A DNA stretch of 64,000 nt from an uncultured Pseudomonadota bacterium (GTDB lineage Bacteria; Oederibacteriota; Muellerivitia; Muellerivitales; Muellerivitaceae). Below the pieces are notes generated by a model that was not told the DNA's origin, did not search any database, and saw only the letters and a list, made by a program, of their open reading frames with translations. Position 1 is the stretch's first letter, and each line of letters opens with the position of its first letter. This document shows positions 1 through 9,534 of the stretch, in pieces. Made by a program: the position numbers and the translations under genes. The DNA is taken from positions 576,001 to 640,000 of the forward strand of contig CAWIIP010000004.1 in the NCBI GenBank assembly GCA_963836235.1. The letters run 5' to 3'.

Positions 1-7
1 ACTGGAA

Positions 8-2332
8 GTGGAAGCCAAAGATATCGAGCTTCTGACGATCAAAGATTTTGTCCAGAGGGTTTGTGACTCGGCAGGCTGCACGCCAAAGGAAACATCCAAT
101 ATCAAGCTGGCCATTGACGAAGCCTGCAGCAATATTATTCGCCATGCTTATAAAGATAAAGAGGGAGGAAAGATCAATTTAGAGATGGGGATCGGTTTTT
201 CCGACTTGATGATAAAAATCATTGATTACGGCAAGCCCTTCGATTTCAGGGGTGTCAAAGATCCCGACTTGAACCATTACGTGGACATTGGGAAAAAAGG
301 AGGGCTAGGTATATGGCTGATTAAGAAAGTCATGACTGATGTCCGTTATAAAGCTTTTCCAGACCACAATGAACTGATCCTTTACCGCCGTCTTTCGAAA
401 GCTCCGCCTAGGGAATTGGGCCTCAAAAAGGGAAGCTATTCGGTTTCAACTAAATTCTCTTTGGGATCGATAGTGTTGATATTTTTTATCATTGCCTCCG
501 CCTTTTTTTACCTGAACAAACAGCAACAAGCGCGGGTTTTCCAGCAACAAAGGGAAAGTGTGACTACCTTACTCGAGACGATGGCTTCTGAATCGGGTAT
601 TTTTATGGCTCGCAAAAGCGATCTTGAATTGGACCGGTTGATTAGGGAAGTGCTTCGGGGAGACAAAGACAAGGTTTTAAGCTATGCCTTTGCCGTTAGT
701 TCCGAGGGGAGATTTCTAGCTCATTCGGATTTAAACCAGCTATTCAAGTCTTATACGCCTCCTCCTGGCGTTCAAACAAGCCGGATACCAGGTATCCAAA
801 TCTTCCGTGTCAAAACGGCCGAGGGGCCTTTAACGGATTACTCATCCGCCGTTTATTTTCATGGCCAGTGGATGGGCGAGGTCCATTTGGGCGAGAGCGA
901 TAGCGCCATCCAGCAAATAGCTTCCAGAGTAAAAATCGATTTAGCGAAATTGATGGGTTTGATTGTTCTCGTCAGTGTTATTGGGCTTTATTTCCTTTCT
1001 CGTATTTTCATTAAGCCTTTCCAGAAAATTTTGGAAGGGGTTCATGCCATGAGTACAGGGAATTTTAACGCCAAAATTGACGTAGAAAGTCAGGATGAAT
1101 TCGGCCAATTGGCCAGCATCTTCAATGATATGACCCTCAAAATCCAGGATTCTCAGAAGGGAATGGTGGAGAACGAGCGAATGCAGAAGGAAATGCAAGT
1201 GGCTCAAGAAATCCAGCACACCCTTTTGCCTGGAGAGTTTCCACAAATCGAAGGTTATGAGATTGGGGCCACTTACCGGGCTGCCAAGGAAGTGGGTGGC
1301 GACTATTATGACTTTTTCTGGGTGGATCCAACCACGCTTGGCATCGTGGTGGCGGATGTTTCGGGCAAGGGTGTTCCTGGATCTCTTGTCATGACGATGA
1401 TCCGGACCGCCATGCGCCTGGAATCACGGGGCAACCGTTCGTCCTCCAGTGTTTTGGGAAAGGTCAATCAGCATGTCACCGCAGATATGAAACGGGGCAT
1501 GTTTGTGACAATGTTTTACATCATCCTAGATTCTCGGAACCGCTCGATCAATTTCTCCAGTGCCGGGCACAACCCAATGATCTTGTATCGGGGAAAGACA
1601 AAAGAAGTCTATTTCTTGAAACCCAAGGGTTTTCCGGTGGGGATTGATCTTCCCGAAGAGGATATGTTCGTTAAAAATCTTGCCCTTCAAAAGGTCAGCC
1701 TTGAGAAAAATGATATGTTGGTGATTTATACGGATGGAATTACCGAAGCAATGAATCCTGAAAGCGAGCAGTTTGGCGAAGATAGGCTTATCAATGTTAT
1801 TAAGGAAAATTCCAATCTCACTCCCGCGGAGTTTGTGGCTAAACTTAACGAGGCTATCGCCCAATTCACCCGCGGGGCAGAACAGAACGATGACATCACG
1901 ATCGTAGCCATTAAAGAAAAAATGAAAGCCGAGAATGTGGAGTTCAAATTCCGAAAAAAACTCTTGAATTTGGTCGAAAAGAAAGGCTTGTCAGTGATAG
2001 AAGCCTGCCGACAAATGAATACATCGACAAACACCTATTACCGATTTAAAAAAATCTTTGTTGAGAAGGGTAAAGATGGATTGAAGCCGGTGAAAAATAT
2101 GAAGCGAGGGGATATCAAGGAACTTCCCCTTCCCCAACAGCAGGCGGTAATGGCAATGGTTCGGGAACACCCTGAATACGGCGCAAAGCAGATTATTGAA
2201 GCGATTTTGAAAAATTCGACTCCGCCTATGAAGGTTGACCCGAAGTTGGTTTCGAAGTTCTTAAAGCGAAAGGGCTTGGCGGATGTGAAAGCCCGGGAAG
2301 CCCTTGGTGTTAACCAGGTTGACAGGGTTTAA
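8..2332 (+). CDS. Membrane fusion protein: RsbW-like anti-sigma kinase (HATPase_c) + 2 TM/periplasmic sensor + HAMP + SpoIIE/PP2C phosphatase + C-terminal HTH; may extend 5' of the window
   Basis: LAIDEACSNIIRHAY and GGLGIWLIK (RsbW ATPase); two hydrophobic helices; DEFGQLASIFNDM (HAMP); VGGDYYD, VADVSGKG, SAGH, YTDGITEA, DDIT (PP2C); SVIEACRQMNTSTNTYYRFKK (HTH). Frame is open to the window edge. Confidence 0.9.
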   Translation: MEAKDIELLTIKDFVQRVCDSAGCTPKETSNIKLAIDEACSNIIRHAYKDKEGGKINLEMGIGFSDLMIKIIDYGKPFDFRGVKDPDLNHYVDIGKKGGLGIWLIKKVMTDVRYKAFPDHNELILYRRLSKAPPRELGLKKGSYSVSTKFSLGSIVLIFFIIASAFFYLNKQQQARVFQQQRESVTTLLETMASESGIFMARKSDLELDRLIREVLRGDKDKVLSYAFAVSSEGRFLAHSDLNQLFKSYTPPPGVQTSRIPGIQIFRVKTAEGPLTDYSSAVYFHGQWMGEVHLGESDSAIQQIASRVKIDLAKLMGLIVLVSVIGLYFLSRIFIKPFQKILEGVHAMSTGNFNAKIDVESQDEFGQLASIFNDMTLKIQDSQKGMVENERMQKEMQVAQEIQHTLLPGEFPQIEGYEIGATYRAAKEVGGDYYDFFWVDPTTLGIVVADVSGKGVPGSLVMTMIRTAMRLESRGNRSSSSVLGKVNQHVTADMKRGMFVTMFYIILDSRNRSINFSSAGHNPMILYRGKTKEVYFLKPKGFPVGIDLPEEDMFVKNLALQKVSLEKNDMLVIYTDGITEAMNPESEQFGEDRLINVIKENSNLTPAEFVAKLNEAIAQFTRGAEQNDDITIVAIKEKMKAENVEFKFRKKLLNLVEKKGLSVIEACRQMNTSTNTYYRFKKIFVEKGKDGLKPVKNMKRGDIKELPLPQQQAVMAMVREHPEYGAKQIIEAILKNSTPPMKVDPKLVSKFLKRKGLADVKAREALGVNQVDRV

Positions 2333-2345
2333 GGCTAAAGTGATA

Positions 2346-2368
2346 ATAAGGCCCGCAACGGGCCTTAT
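2346..2368 (+). promoter_or_regulatory. Intercistronic hairpin just upstream of the STAS RBS
   Basis: ATAAGGCCCG-CAA-CGGGCCTTAT perfect 10-bp stem, no strong U tail, followed by GGAGG. Confidence 0.5.
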
Positions 2369-2381
2369 CTTCGGAGGAAGC

Positions 2382-2744
2382 ATGGAAAATATTTCGGTTA
2401 GCGTATCTGAGCATCCACAAAATAAAGAAATAACCCTCCTTGCGGTAAAGGGTTTTATTGACACGACTACGGCTCCGGAGTTTGAAAAGAAATTTCTAAC
2501 GGTATTGGGTGAAAAGAAATTCAAACTGGTGGTTGATTTGAAAGATGTCAATTACATCAGCAGTGCCGGTTGGGGTATTTTTATCAGTGAAATTAAACGT
2601 ATTCGCAATCAAAAGGGGGATTTGGTGCTGGTTGGAATGAATCCCGAGGTCTCGGAAGTTTTCGAGCTGTTAGAATTTAACACTATTTTAAAGTCTTTTC
2701 CGAATGTCGAAATTGCCATTAAGAAAGGTTTTGAAAAGCCGTAA
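2382..2744 (+). CDS. STAS-domain anti-sigma factor antagonist (RsbV/SpoIIAA-like)
   Basis: GFIDTTTAPEF and VVDLKDVNYISSAGWG (phosphorylatable Ser motif); ATG at 2382 with GGAGG RBS. Confidence 0.9.
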   Translation: MENISVSVSEHPQNKEITLLAVKGFIDTTTAPEFEKKFLTVLGEKKFKLVVDLKDVNYISSAGWGIFISEIKRIRNQKGDLVLVGMNPEVSEVFELLEFNTILKSFPNVEIAIKKGFEKP

Positions 2745-2782
2745 TCCAAAGGATTTGAAGATCCGAAAGTTGGAAAAAAGTT

Positions 2783-3922
2783 ATGGAATCGGCCGCTTTA
2801 ACCTCCCTCATTGAAATCGAAGGGAAAAACTTTACACTCGAAACCTCTCCCGTATCAGGTAAAAATCGTCTTTCTTCCCTTATTCAATTGGGAGGGAGGA
2901 CACTATCTCAACGTGAGTTTGAAATACCTGAGGGGCTGGATGAGGATGGATTAAAGCATTTTCTGCAGGAAACCCACCGTATCCGTTCTGTGGAGCTTGA
3001 ATCCCTATTTCGCTTGAATCGGAAGATCGATGAAAAACCGACGACTGACGCCTGCTGGAAAATAGGGGTTATCTTCCTTTCTAATGGTTTTTATGAAGAT
3101 TCTCGCCAAAAATTCCAAAAAGCAATCGAAATGGATCCCCGCCATTTACAAGCCATCAAAAGCTACGGAATTACTTTAACTCTACTGGAAGATTTTGACG
3201 GGGCCTTAGCCACCCTGAACCAAGCGCGGGAGTTGGGACCTTCTTTTGCTGATATTTATTACCATCTCGGCAATGTTCATTTATATAAACGGGAATTGGA
3301 TGAATCCGTTCAGTGTTACCTTCAAGCCCTTCAAATCAATCCTCGTTACGCGGACGCCCGATTAAGGCTGGCCACTGCTTGTATGGGGTATTTGGCCCAA
3401 TCTTCCAACCAATTATCCGAACCTAAAGTAGCGGAATTATCAGAAAGGACCAAGACCGAAGCTGAAACGGCGGCTACGCTCAATCCAAAAGTCCGCAATC
3501 GGGCCTATATGATGGCAATGGATTTCTTGCGAAGTAAAAAATACTCGCAAGCTTTTCAATCTTTCATGGAAGTTCGTCCGCGGTATGTGCCTCGTATCGG
3601 CGATGAAATTATTTTTTTCTTCACTCTAACATTGTTATATGGAAGCGAAGGCATTGACCAGCAAATGACGGAACAGTATGTCGATAAATTATGTAAGGTT
3701 ATCGAAGAATTTCCCCATTACGCGGATCTCCACCACCATTTGGGTACTGCTTACTTGATCAAGTGCCGTTTTGATGTTAATCGCTCACTGAAGGAATTCA
3801 AAAAGGCTTTGGAGATTAATCCTCAATTTCAAAAGGCAATGACAAATTCGGTCGACACCGAAGATTTGCATAAGAAAGTGTTAACGGTTCTGAAAAAAGC
3901 AATCATGCCGCAGGGGAATTAG
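2783..3922 (+). CDS. Tetratricopeptide repeat protein
   Basis: Repeated TPR motifs (AIEMDP, ADIYYHLGNV, ALQINPRYADA, ALEINPQF). Confidence 0.85.
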   Translation: MESAALTSLIEIEGKNFTLETSPVSGKNRLSSLIQLGGRTLSQREFEIPEGLDEDGLKHFLQETHRIRSVELESLFRLNRKIDEKPTTDACWKIGVIFLSNGFYEDSRQKFQKAIEMDPRHLQAIKSYGITLTLLEDFDGALATLNQARELGPSFADIYYHLGNVHLYKRELDESVQCYLQALQINPRYADARLRLATACMGYLAQSSNQLSEPKVAELSERTKTEAETAATLNPKVRNRAYMMAMDFLRSKKYSQAFQSFMEVRPRYVPRIGDEIIFFFTLTLLYGSEGIDQQMTEQYVDKLCKVIEEFPHYADLHHHLGTAYLIKCRFDVNRSLKEFKKALEINPQFQKAMTNSVDTEDLHKKVLTVLKKAIMPQGN

Positions 3923-4068
3923 TAACCTTCAATCAATATTATTTGAATCAACAAGGTACCCCGAAAGATAAAAAAATGATTTTCCGTTTAAAGGATTTTG
4001 CTTTTTGATGTTCTTGATGGCAAAGAAAGGATTTGAAAAAATTCTCCACCAAGTCTTATTTAGGCGGC

Positions 4069-4452
4069 TTATGATTCGGATGGAGGGGTCAGCGAGTAGT
4101 TAGTTTCCAAAAACTTAATGTGTTCGGACGTTATTTTGTCAAAGTTAACCCCATAAGCATACCTGCCCATGGTTTTCATGGGGTTTTTGCGGGCCCAAAC
4201 GACTTTTCCCAAATAAACGACACTATGGCTGCCGTCTAAGGAGTCCAATTCGAGGGTGATGTTGTAATTGTTGTCGAGGGTTTTGTTGGAGTAGATTTGA
4301 GCTCCGGTGGAACTAACGTTGACTAGTTGAGCGCGAAAGACCGCCCCATCCCCGGTCTGATCCACTAGGCGGCCCTTAATAGTTTTTACCATGACGACTC
4401 GGCGGTTGGTCCTCAAGTTGCCTTTTGATGGAGGACGAACTATTTTTTTCAT
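4069..4452 (-). CDS. PilZ domain protein
   Basis: RTNRR, NVSSTGA, GKVVWAR and YGVNF match the PilZ RxxxR and D/NxSxxG motifs. Confidence 0.8.
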   Translation of the reverse strand: MKKIVRPPSKGNLRTNRRVVMVKTIKGRLVDQTGDGAVFRAQLVNVSSTGAQIYSNKTLDNNYNITLELDSLDGSHSVVYLGKVVWARKNPMKTMGRYAYGVNFDKITSEHIKFLETNYSLTPPSES

Positions 4453-4587
4453 GGGATATCTCCCCTGGAGTCAATAAAAACGTGTATAGCATAACACTAT
4501 CCTCCAAGAGGCGGAAGAAAAACATCCCGTTTTTTGCGGATTGGATGGAAGAAAATGAATGGAAATATTCCTGGAGGTTCTAAAAAG

Positions 4588-6063
4588 ATGACTATGGTTC
4601 GTGTTCGATTTGCGCCGAGCCCTACCGGGTACCTTCATGTAGGAGGTGCTCGGACGGCGCTCTTCAACTGGCTTTTTGCCCGCCATTCTGGTGGAAAATT
4701 TATCCTGCGAATTGAGGATACGGACCGGGAAAGATCCAAGCCTGAATACGAAGAGGCTATCATCCGTGATTTACAATGGTTGGGATTGGATTGGGATGAA
4801 GGGCCCTCCATCGGAGGGCCCGATGGGCCTTACCGCCAGACAGAGAGGGCATCTTTTTATCGGGAACAGCTGAAAAAACTTCTTTCCTCCGGAAATGCGT
4901 ATCATTGTTTTTGTAGTTACAAGGAATTGGAAACGGACCGTACAGCTGTTCAGGCTTTAGGAAAAAGTTATCGGTATTCTGGGAAATGCAGGACTTTGAC
5001 TTCAGATGAAGTGGAAGCCAAGCGAAAAGCTGGGCAACTTTTTTCGGTGAGGCTTAAGGTGGCAGAAGGGACGACCACCGTCGACGATTTGATCCGTGGT
5101 TTGGTAACGGTCGACCATTCGGAAATCGATGATTTCATCCTAGTGCGAAGCGGGGGAGAACCAACTTATAATTTCGTGGCCGCAGTTGATGACGCCCTCA
5201 TGAGGATATCCCATGTCATCCGTGGTGACGACCACCTTTCGAATACTCCTAAACAAATATTGATTTACAAAGCGCTTGGGTTCACATTGCCCCAATTTGC
5301 TCATATTCCCCTGATCCTGGGGACTGATAGAACCCCACTTTCCAAGCGACATGGGGCTAATTCGGTTGGGGAATTCAAGCGCCATGGCTATCTTCCGGAA
5401 GCGATGATGAATTACCTGGCTTTGTTAGGTTGGTCTTTTGATGGAAAAACCGAAATCTTTTCCAAGGATGAACTTATTAAGCGTTTCAGCCTTGAACGGG
5501 TGGTTAAAAGCGCGGCTTGTTTTGACTATGACAAATTCCAATGGTTAAACGGTCACTACATTCGGGAAGCTGATGATGAGCGTATATACCAGCTTTGTCT
5601 GGAATATCTTTGGGATGCGGATGCCATTAATGCCGATTTCATGCGGGAAGGTGGCCCTGCCCTGAAACGAATGGTGGGGACGGTGAAAAACAGCCTTAAA
5701 ACTGTTTCGGATGTTGGCGAACAATTAACGTACTTTTTAGGAGAAGTTCACTCTTATGATCCCTCTGGTTTGGAAAAATACTTGGTGCCTCAAACTGTTC
5801 CTGTTTTGGAAGAAGCGGTTTGGGTTTTAGAGGATTCTGTTGATTTCAACGCCATGACTTTAGAAGAACGTTTCCGACAAAATGCGGTTAAAAAGGAACG
5901 CAAATTTGCAGAATACGTCCATCCGATGCGACTTGCCATTACGGGGAAATCAGCTAGCCCGAATTTATTTGAATTGATCGAAATTTTAGGTAAAGGACGT
6001 TGTATTGTCCGCTTGATGAGGTTTGTTCAAATGATCAAACATGCCAAGCCACTTGAGATTTGA
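4588..6063 (+). CDS. gltX: Glutamate--tRNA ligase
   Basis: VRVRFAPSPTGYLHVGGARTALFN (HIGH), LRIEDTD, HVIRGDDH, PLSKRHG (KMSKS); start at ATG 4588 after GGAGG. Confidence 0.97.
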   Translation: MTMVRVRFAPSPTGYLHVGGARTALFNWLFARHSGGKFILRIEDTDRERSKPEYEEAIIRDLQWLGLDWDEGPSIGGPDGPYRQTERASFYREQLKKLLSSGNAYHCFCSYKELETDRTAVQALGKSYRYSGKCRTLTSDEVEAKRKAGQLFSVRLKVAEGTTTVDDLIRGLVTVDHSEIDDFILVRSGGEPTYNFVAAVDDALMRISHVIRGDDHLSNTPKQILIYKALGFTLPQFAHIPLILGTDRTPLSKRHGANSVGEFKRHGYLPEAMMNYLALLGWSFDGKTEIFSKDELIKRFSLERVVKSAACFDYDKFQWLNGHYIREADDERIYQLCLEYLWDADAINADFMREGGPALKRMVGTVKNSLKTVSDVGEQLTYFLGEVHSYDPSGLEKYLVPQTVPVLEEAVWVLEDSVDFNAMTLEERFRQNAVKKERKFAEYVHPMRLAITGKSASPNLFELIEILGKGRCIVRLMRFVQMIKHAKPLEI

Positions 6064-6203
6064 TTGTAAGATAATGGCTTCAGAATGCGGACTGCCTTTA
6101 CTGATCGCCGTTAAAAAATAAAATAAAGCTTGGGACAATTCTTTGGTCAACTTAAAATAATGAAGAATTAACGATAGAGAAATGTTTTTGAAAGGAACGG
6201 CCC

Positions 6204-6770
6204 ATGGCAAGCCATATCATTGAGTTTGTTTTTAGCCGCGGCGAGAAAAAAGGGCGATTAAGGCCAGTCAATCGCAAGGATTGGGGTCAGATCGTAGGCT
6301 GGTGGAATGATCCGGACGTCCGCCGTCTCTTCGACGTTCACTTCGTGGACCAAACCTTCTCGGATGCTGAAAAGTGGTTTGCTAAGAACGGCTCGGGGGA
6401 AGATGAAAAGCTTCCGCGGTCTTTCGTCATCGAAGTAGACGATGATAGTAAGTGGCTTCCTGTTGGTACCGCGGAATTTTACAGCGAAAGGCCATCCCAC
6501 AAGACCGCCGAATTCGGCTTCCTCATTGGGGATAAGCAGTGGTGGGGCAAAGGTATCGGTACCGAAACCGCCAAGCGCATGGTGAAATATGGCTTGGAGC
6601 AATTGGAATATAAACGAATTGGTGCTGTCTCGGCCGCTTATAATGTGCGTTCTCTTAATGCCCTTCAAAAGGCGGGGTTCCAGATCGAGGGTATCCGCAA
6701 AAGCTATGTATTCCGTGATGGCCAGCACCATGATCAGACCGTGATGTCAATTATCCGGCCTGAAAAATAA
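6204..6770 (+). CDS. GNAT family N-acetyltransferase (RimJ/RimL type)
   Basis: WWGKGIGTE acetyl-CoA motif; NVRSLNALQKAGFQIEG. Confidence 0.88.
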   Translation: MASHIIEFVFSRGEKKGRLRPVNRKDWGQIVGWWNDPDVRRLFDVHFVDQTFSDAEKWFAKNGSGEDEKLPRSFVIEVDDDSKWLPVGTAEFYSERPSHKTAEFGFLIGDKQWWGKGIGTETAKRMVKYGLEQLEYKRIGAVSAAYNVRSLNALQKAGFQIEGIRKSYVFRDGQHHDQTVMSIIRPEK

Positions 6771-6858
6771 GGTTCAAAACCCCCGTTTGAAAATACCAAA
6801 TGCGGGAATCCTGTGTTAAAATCCGACCCCTGTTGAACCGTTCTTTACGTTTTTCCAT

Positions 6859-6932
6859 TGGGAGATCGTCTAATGGTAGGACAGCAGACTCTGACTCTGC
6901 TTATCTTGGTTCGAGTCCAAGTCTCCCAGCCA
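6859..6932 (+). tRNA. tRNA-Gln (anticodon CTG)
   Basis: TGGGAGA/TCTCCCA acceptor stem, GCAGA-CTCTGAC-TCTGC anticodon arm, GGTTCGAGTCC T-loop, encoded CCA. Confidence 0.96.
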
Positions 6933-7010
6933 TTTTTTACTTTTCAACCGTCCTATTTTGAGACTAGTTACTTGAAAATAACTAATCGTATGGTACTGCT
7001 GATCAATGGG

Positions 7011-9425
7011 CTATCGTATTAAAAGTAATCTCTTCATTTTTTGACTGAAGGGTTCCACGAGATACAAGACGTAAACCCCACTGGCGCAATTATCCCCGTA
7101 TTTATTTTTGCCGTCCCAATGGTATGACTGGCTGATGGGAGCGCTCAAAACTTGGTTATCCAGGGTTCGAATATGTTCACCCGCACTGTTATAAATCCAA
7201 AGGCTATAAGTCCCTGGAAATTTTGTGTATTGGACAAAAATAGAAACCGGGTTATCGTTCGTGGCGTTATAAACGTTTTGAGCTACGTAAAAGGTATCGA
7301 GGTCCGGGATGGGCGTCGGCGTAACAGTTGGGGTACAAGTAATAGTGGCAGTGGGGGTGTTTGTAGGTGTTTGGGTTGGGGTGCTAGTGATTTTAGGTGT
7401 GGGCGAAGGGGTGGCGGTGGGTGTTTGGGTGGGCGTGCTAGTGATACATCCGCTGTTGACGGTCAGGGTAACCGAGTTGGATTGAACCATAGAAACACCA
7501 TCGCCCATAACAGCGGCGAGATTAGATGATGTTCCGCAAGTGACGACAGCCGACAAAGTAATTGCCCCCGTCAGGTTGTAAGTGGTTACGGGATGGGTTC
7601 CGCCCAGGTCCCATTCTAGGTAATTACCGGTTTCTTTCGTTGGGGATTGGGGGGTAGAGGAAACAAAGGTTTCGGCTACCGGAAGGGTATCCCAAAGGCG
7701 GGGATTCACGACTGGTGAAGGCCCGTAAAGTTTCAAGTTGGAATAATAATCTGTCGAGGAAGACCCATCAGCCTGCCAACCCATTCGGTATTCCCCCCCA
7801 TTAATGGCGGTACAGGGAAGGGGACTTGTGTCGTTGACGTTGATGCTCCAGGTCGTTGGCTCGGGGGTACCCCGGGGCCAGACTTTAGCTTGAAAATTCA
7901 GGATTCCGGCGTTATAGGTCACCAAGACCTTCACGGTGTACCAAACCCCAGCGGTGATGGTGGTTCCGATTGTCGAATCACAAGGTTCGGCTGGGTAGGT
8001 AACCGTTCCCGCCGTGGAACTGTTTTTTTGTATGAAAAAATTTCCAGGGCCGCAATCCAGTGAAATTCCAACCATGTAGGCATCATTAACCCCGGGGGCG
8101 GCAAGGTTATCGGCGATTGCCATGGTGGCGTCGGCACCGGCCGCCGAGGAGGTGGGGATGTACATGTCTCCTTCCACCATAAAATCATTGCAAAGATTAA
8201 TCGGAGGCCCACTTCGGAGAAGGGTAGGGTAGTTGCCGTTTGTCACTCCGGAATTGCAGGCGCTATAGGCGCAAGCTTCGATGACATTGTTCCCGGAACC
8301 GGTGGGGTCAGGCTCAATGGTGAATCCCCCCATCCCGCCGGTATTCGTATAAATGTAGGTAGTCGCTCCGTCATAGGCTAAAATCGAGCTGTTGGTGGTT
8401 CCAACGGCGTTATTATCCAAGGTGTCATCGTCTTGCAGGCTTTCCCCGCTAACCTGGTAATTGAGTGTATAGGTTACGGTGGTCCCGCTACTGGGCGCGG
8501 TTGAGGATTCGCTTTTCAAGAGCGTAAAGCCCCCGGCTCCGATGTTCACTTGGGCTTGGTTTGAATTGACTGTTCCCGCCGTTGTCGAAGAAGCGGTCGC
8601 GGTGTTGGTGATAAGGGTACCGATGGGGACACCAGCATTCACTTTGGTCAAAAACCAGACCTCGCCGGTTTGTTGGGCCAAACTTGCCGTAAGTATCCAA
8701 GTAATGGTGCTGCCGTTTAATATCCCTCCAGGGCTAATAGAGCCGGAAGCGGCAGCCAAAGCCGTTCCTGTCGGGATTGTTTCAGTGATGGTGACCGATC
8801 CCGTGTTGACATAAGTGTAATCAACATCGAACAAAACCAGGTCTCCTGGATTGGCAGTGCTTCCGTCGGCAACATCGACCAAAGTGATATTTGGGGGGGG
8901 ATAAGGGATCGTGACGGTGGTGTTGATGCTGGGATAAGCGGTGCCGTTACACCCGATATAAAAATCATTTTCTTCCACGATTAAATTATATGAACCAGCC
9001 GAAAGGCTTGGGGGAATGGTAACGTTCCAAATCTGAGTAGTGGGGCAAGAAGCTGTTCCGGCAACGGCGACGCCGACCCATCCACCCCCCGTGTCATTGG
9101 AATCGTCGGTTGTTGAATTGACGGGGCTGGTCCCCTCCGGAGTGGTGGTGGAGTCCACTAACAGCACTTGATTGATTGCCGGGCAAGATTGTAGGGAGGT
9201 GGAAGAGGGATTCAACCCAACAAAAAAGTTGGGGGTTTTATATGTCCCCTCACAATAAACGACCGTTACCGCTACAACTGATCCGGGAGAAGGGTTTGCG
9301 TTGGAGATTGAAATGCTGTTAAAGGTCACCTGGGCGAAGCTAAAGTGGGAGATGAAAAGAAACGGAAAGAAGAAAAGGCTGCTTTTTTTAAAACGTTTTA
9401 AATCCCAGAAAAGATTGTTGATCAA
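7011..9425 (-). CDS. Secreted protein: DUF11-like Ig domains, Thr-Pro stalk, FlgD-Ig/T9SS-like C-terminal domain
   Basis: Signal peptide ending SFA-Q; ANPGDLVLFDVDY and ITNTATAS (DUF11-like); TPT repeats; [35 protein letters not shown]. Confidence 0.75.
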   Translation of the reverse strand: MINNLFWDLKRFKKSSLFFFPFLFISHFSFAQVTFNSISISNANPSPGSVVAVTVVYCEGTYKTPNFFVGLNPSSTSLQSCPAINQVLLVDSTTTPEGTSPVNSTTDDSNDTGGGWVGVAVAGTASCPTTQIWNVTIPPSLSAGSYNLIVEENDFYIGCNGTAYPSINTTVTIPYPPPNITLVDVADGSTANPGDLVLFDVDYTYVNTGSVTITETIPTGTALAAASGSISPGGILNGSTITWILTASLAQQTGEVWFLTKVNAGVPIGTLITNTATASSTTAGTVNSNQAQVNIGAGGFTLLKSESSTAPSSGTTVTYTLNYQVSGESLQDDDTLDNNAVGTTNSSILAYDGATTYIYTNTGGMGGFTIEPDPTGSGNNVIEACAYSACNSGVTNGNYPTLLRSGPPINLCNDFMVEGDMYIPTSSAAGADATMAIADNLAAPGVNDAYMVGISLDCGPGNFFIQKNSSTAGTVTYPAEPCDSTIGTTITAGVWYTVKVLVTYNAGILNFQAKVWPRGTPEPTTWSINVNDTSPLPCTAINGGEYRMGWQADGSSSTDYYSNLKLYGPSPVVNPRLWDTLPVAETFVSSTPQSPTKETGNYLEWDLGGTHPVTTYNLTGAITLSAVVTCGTSSNLAAVMGDGVSMVQSNSVTLTVNSGCITSTPTQTPTATPSPTPKITSTPTQTPTNTPTATITCTPTVTPTPIPDLDTFYVAQNVYNATNDNPVSIFVQYTKFPGTYSLWIYNSAGEHIRTLDNQVLSAPISQSYHWDGKNKYGDNCASGVYVLYLVEPFSQKMKRLLLIR

Positions 9426-9534
9426 CCGGGAGCCTCCGAAAACGTGTTTTGAAAAGCTTTTAAAATATAAAACTAAAATAGGGGGATGGTCGCATCGAAT
9501 GAGAAATAGATAAATTAAGAAGGCTGGCCAATTA

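Noticed and set aside
6859-6932. tRNA-Gln or tRNA-Glu as an attB site with a duplicated 3' end
   Set aside because: No second copy of either tRNA 3' end and no integrase found by eye
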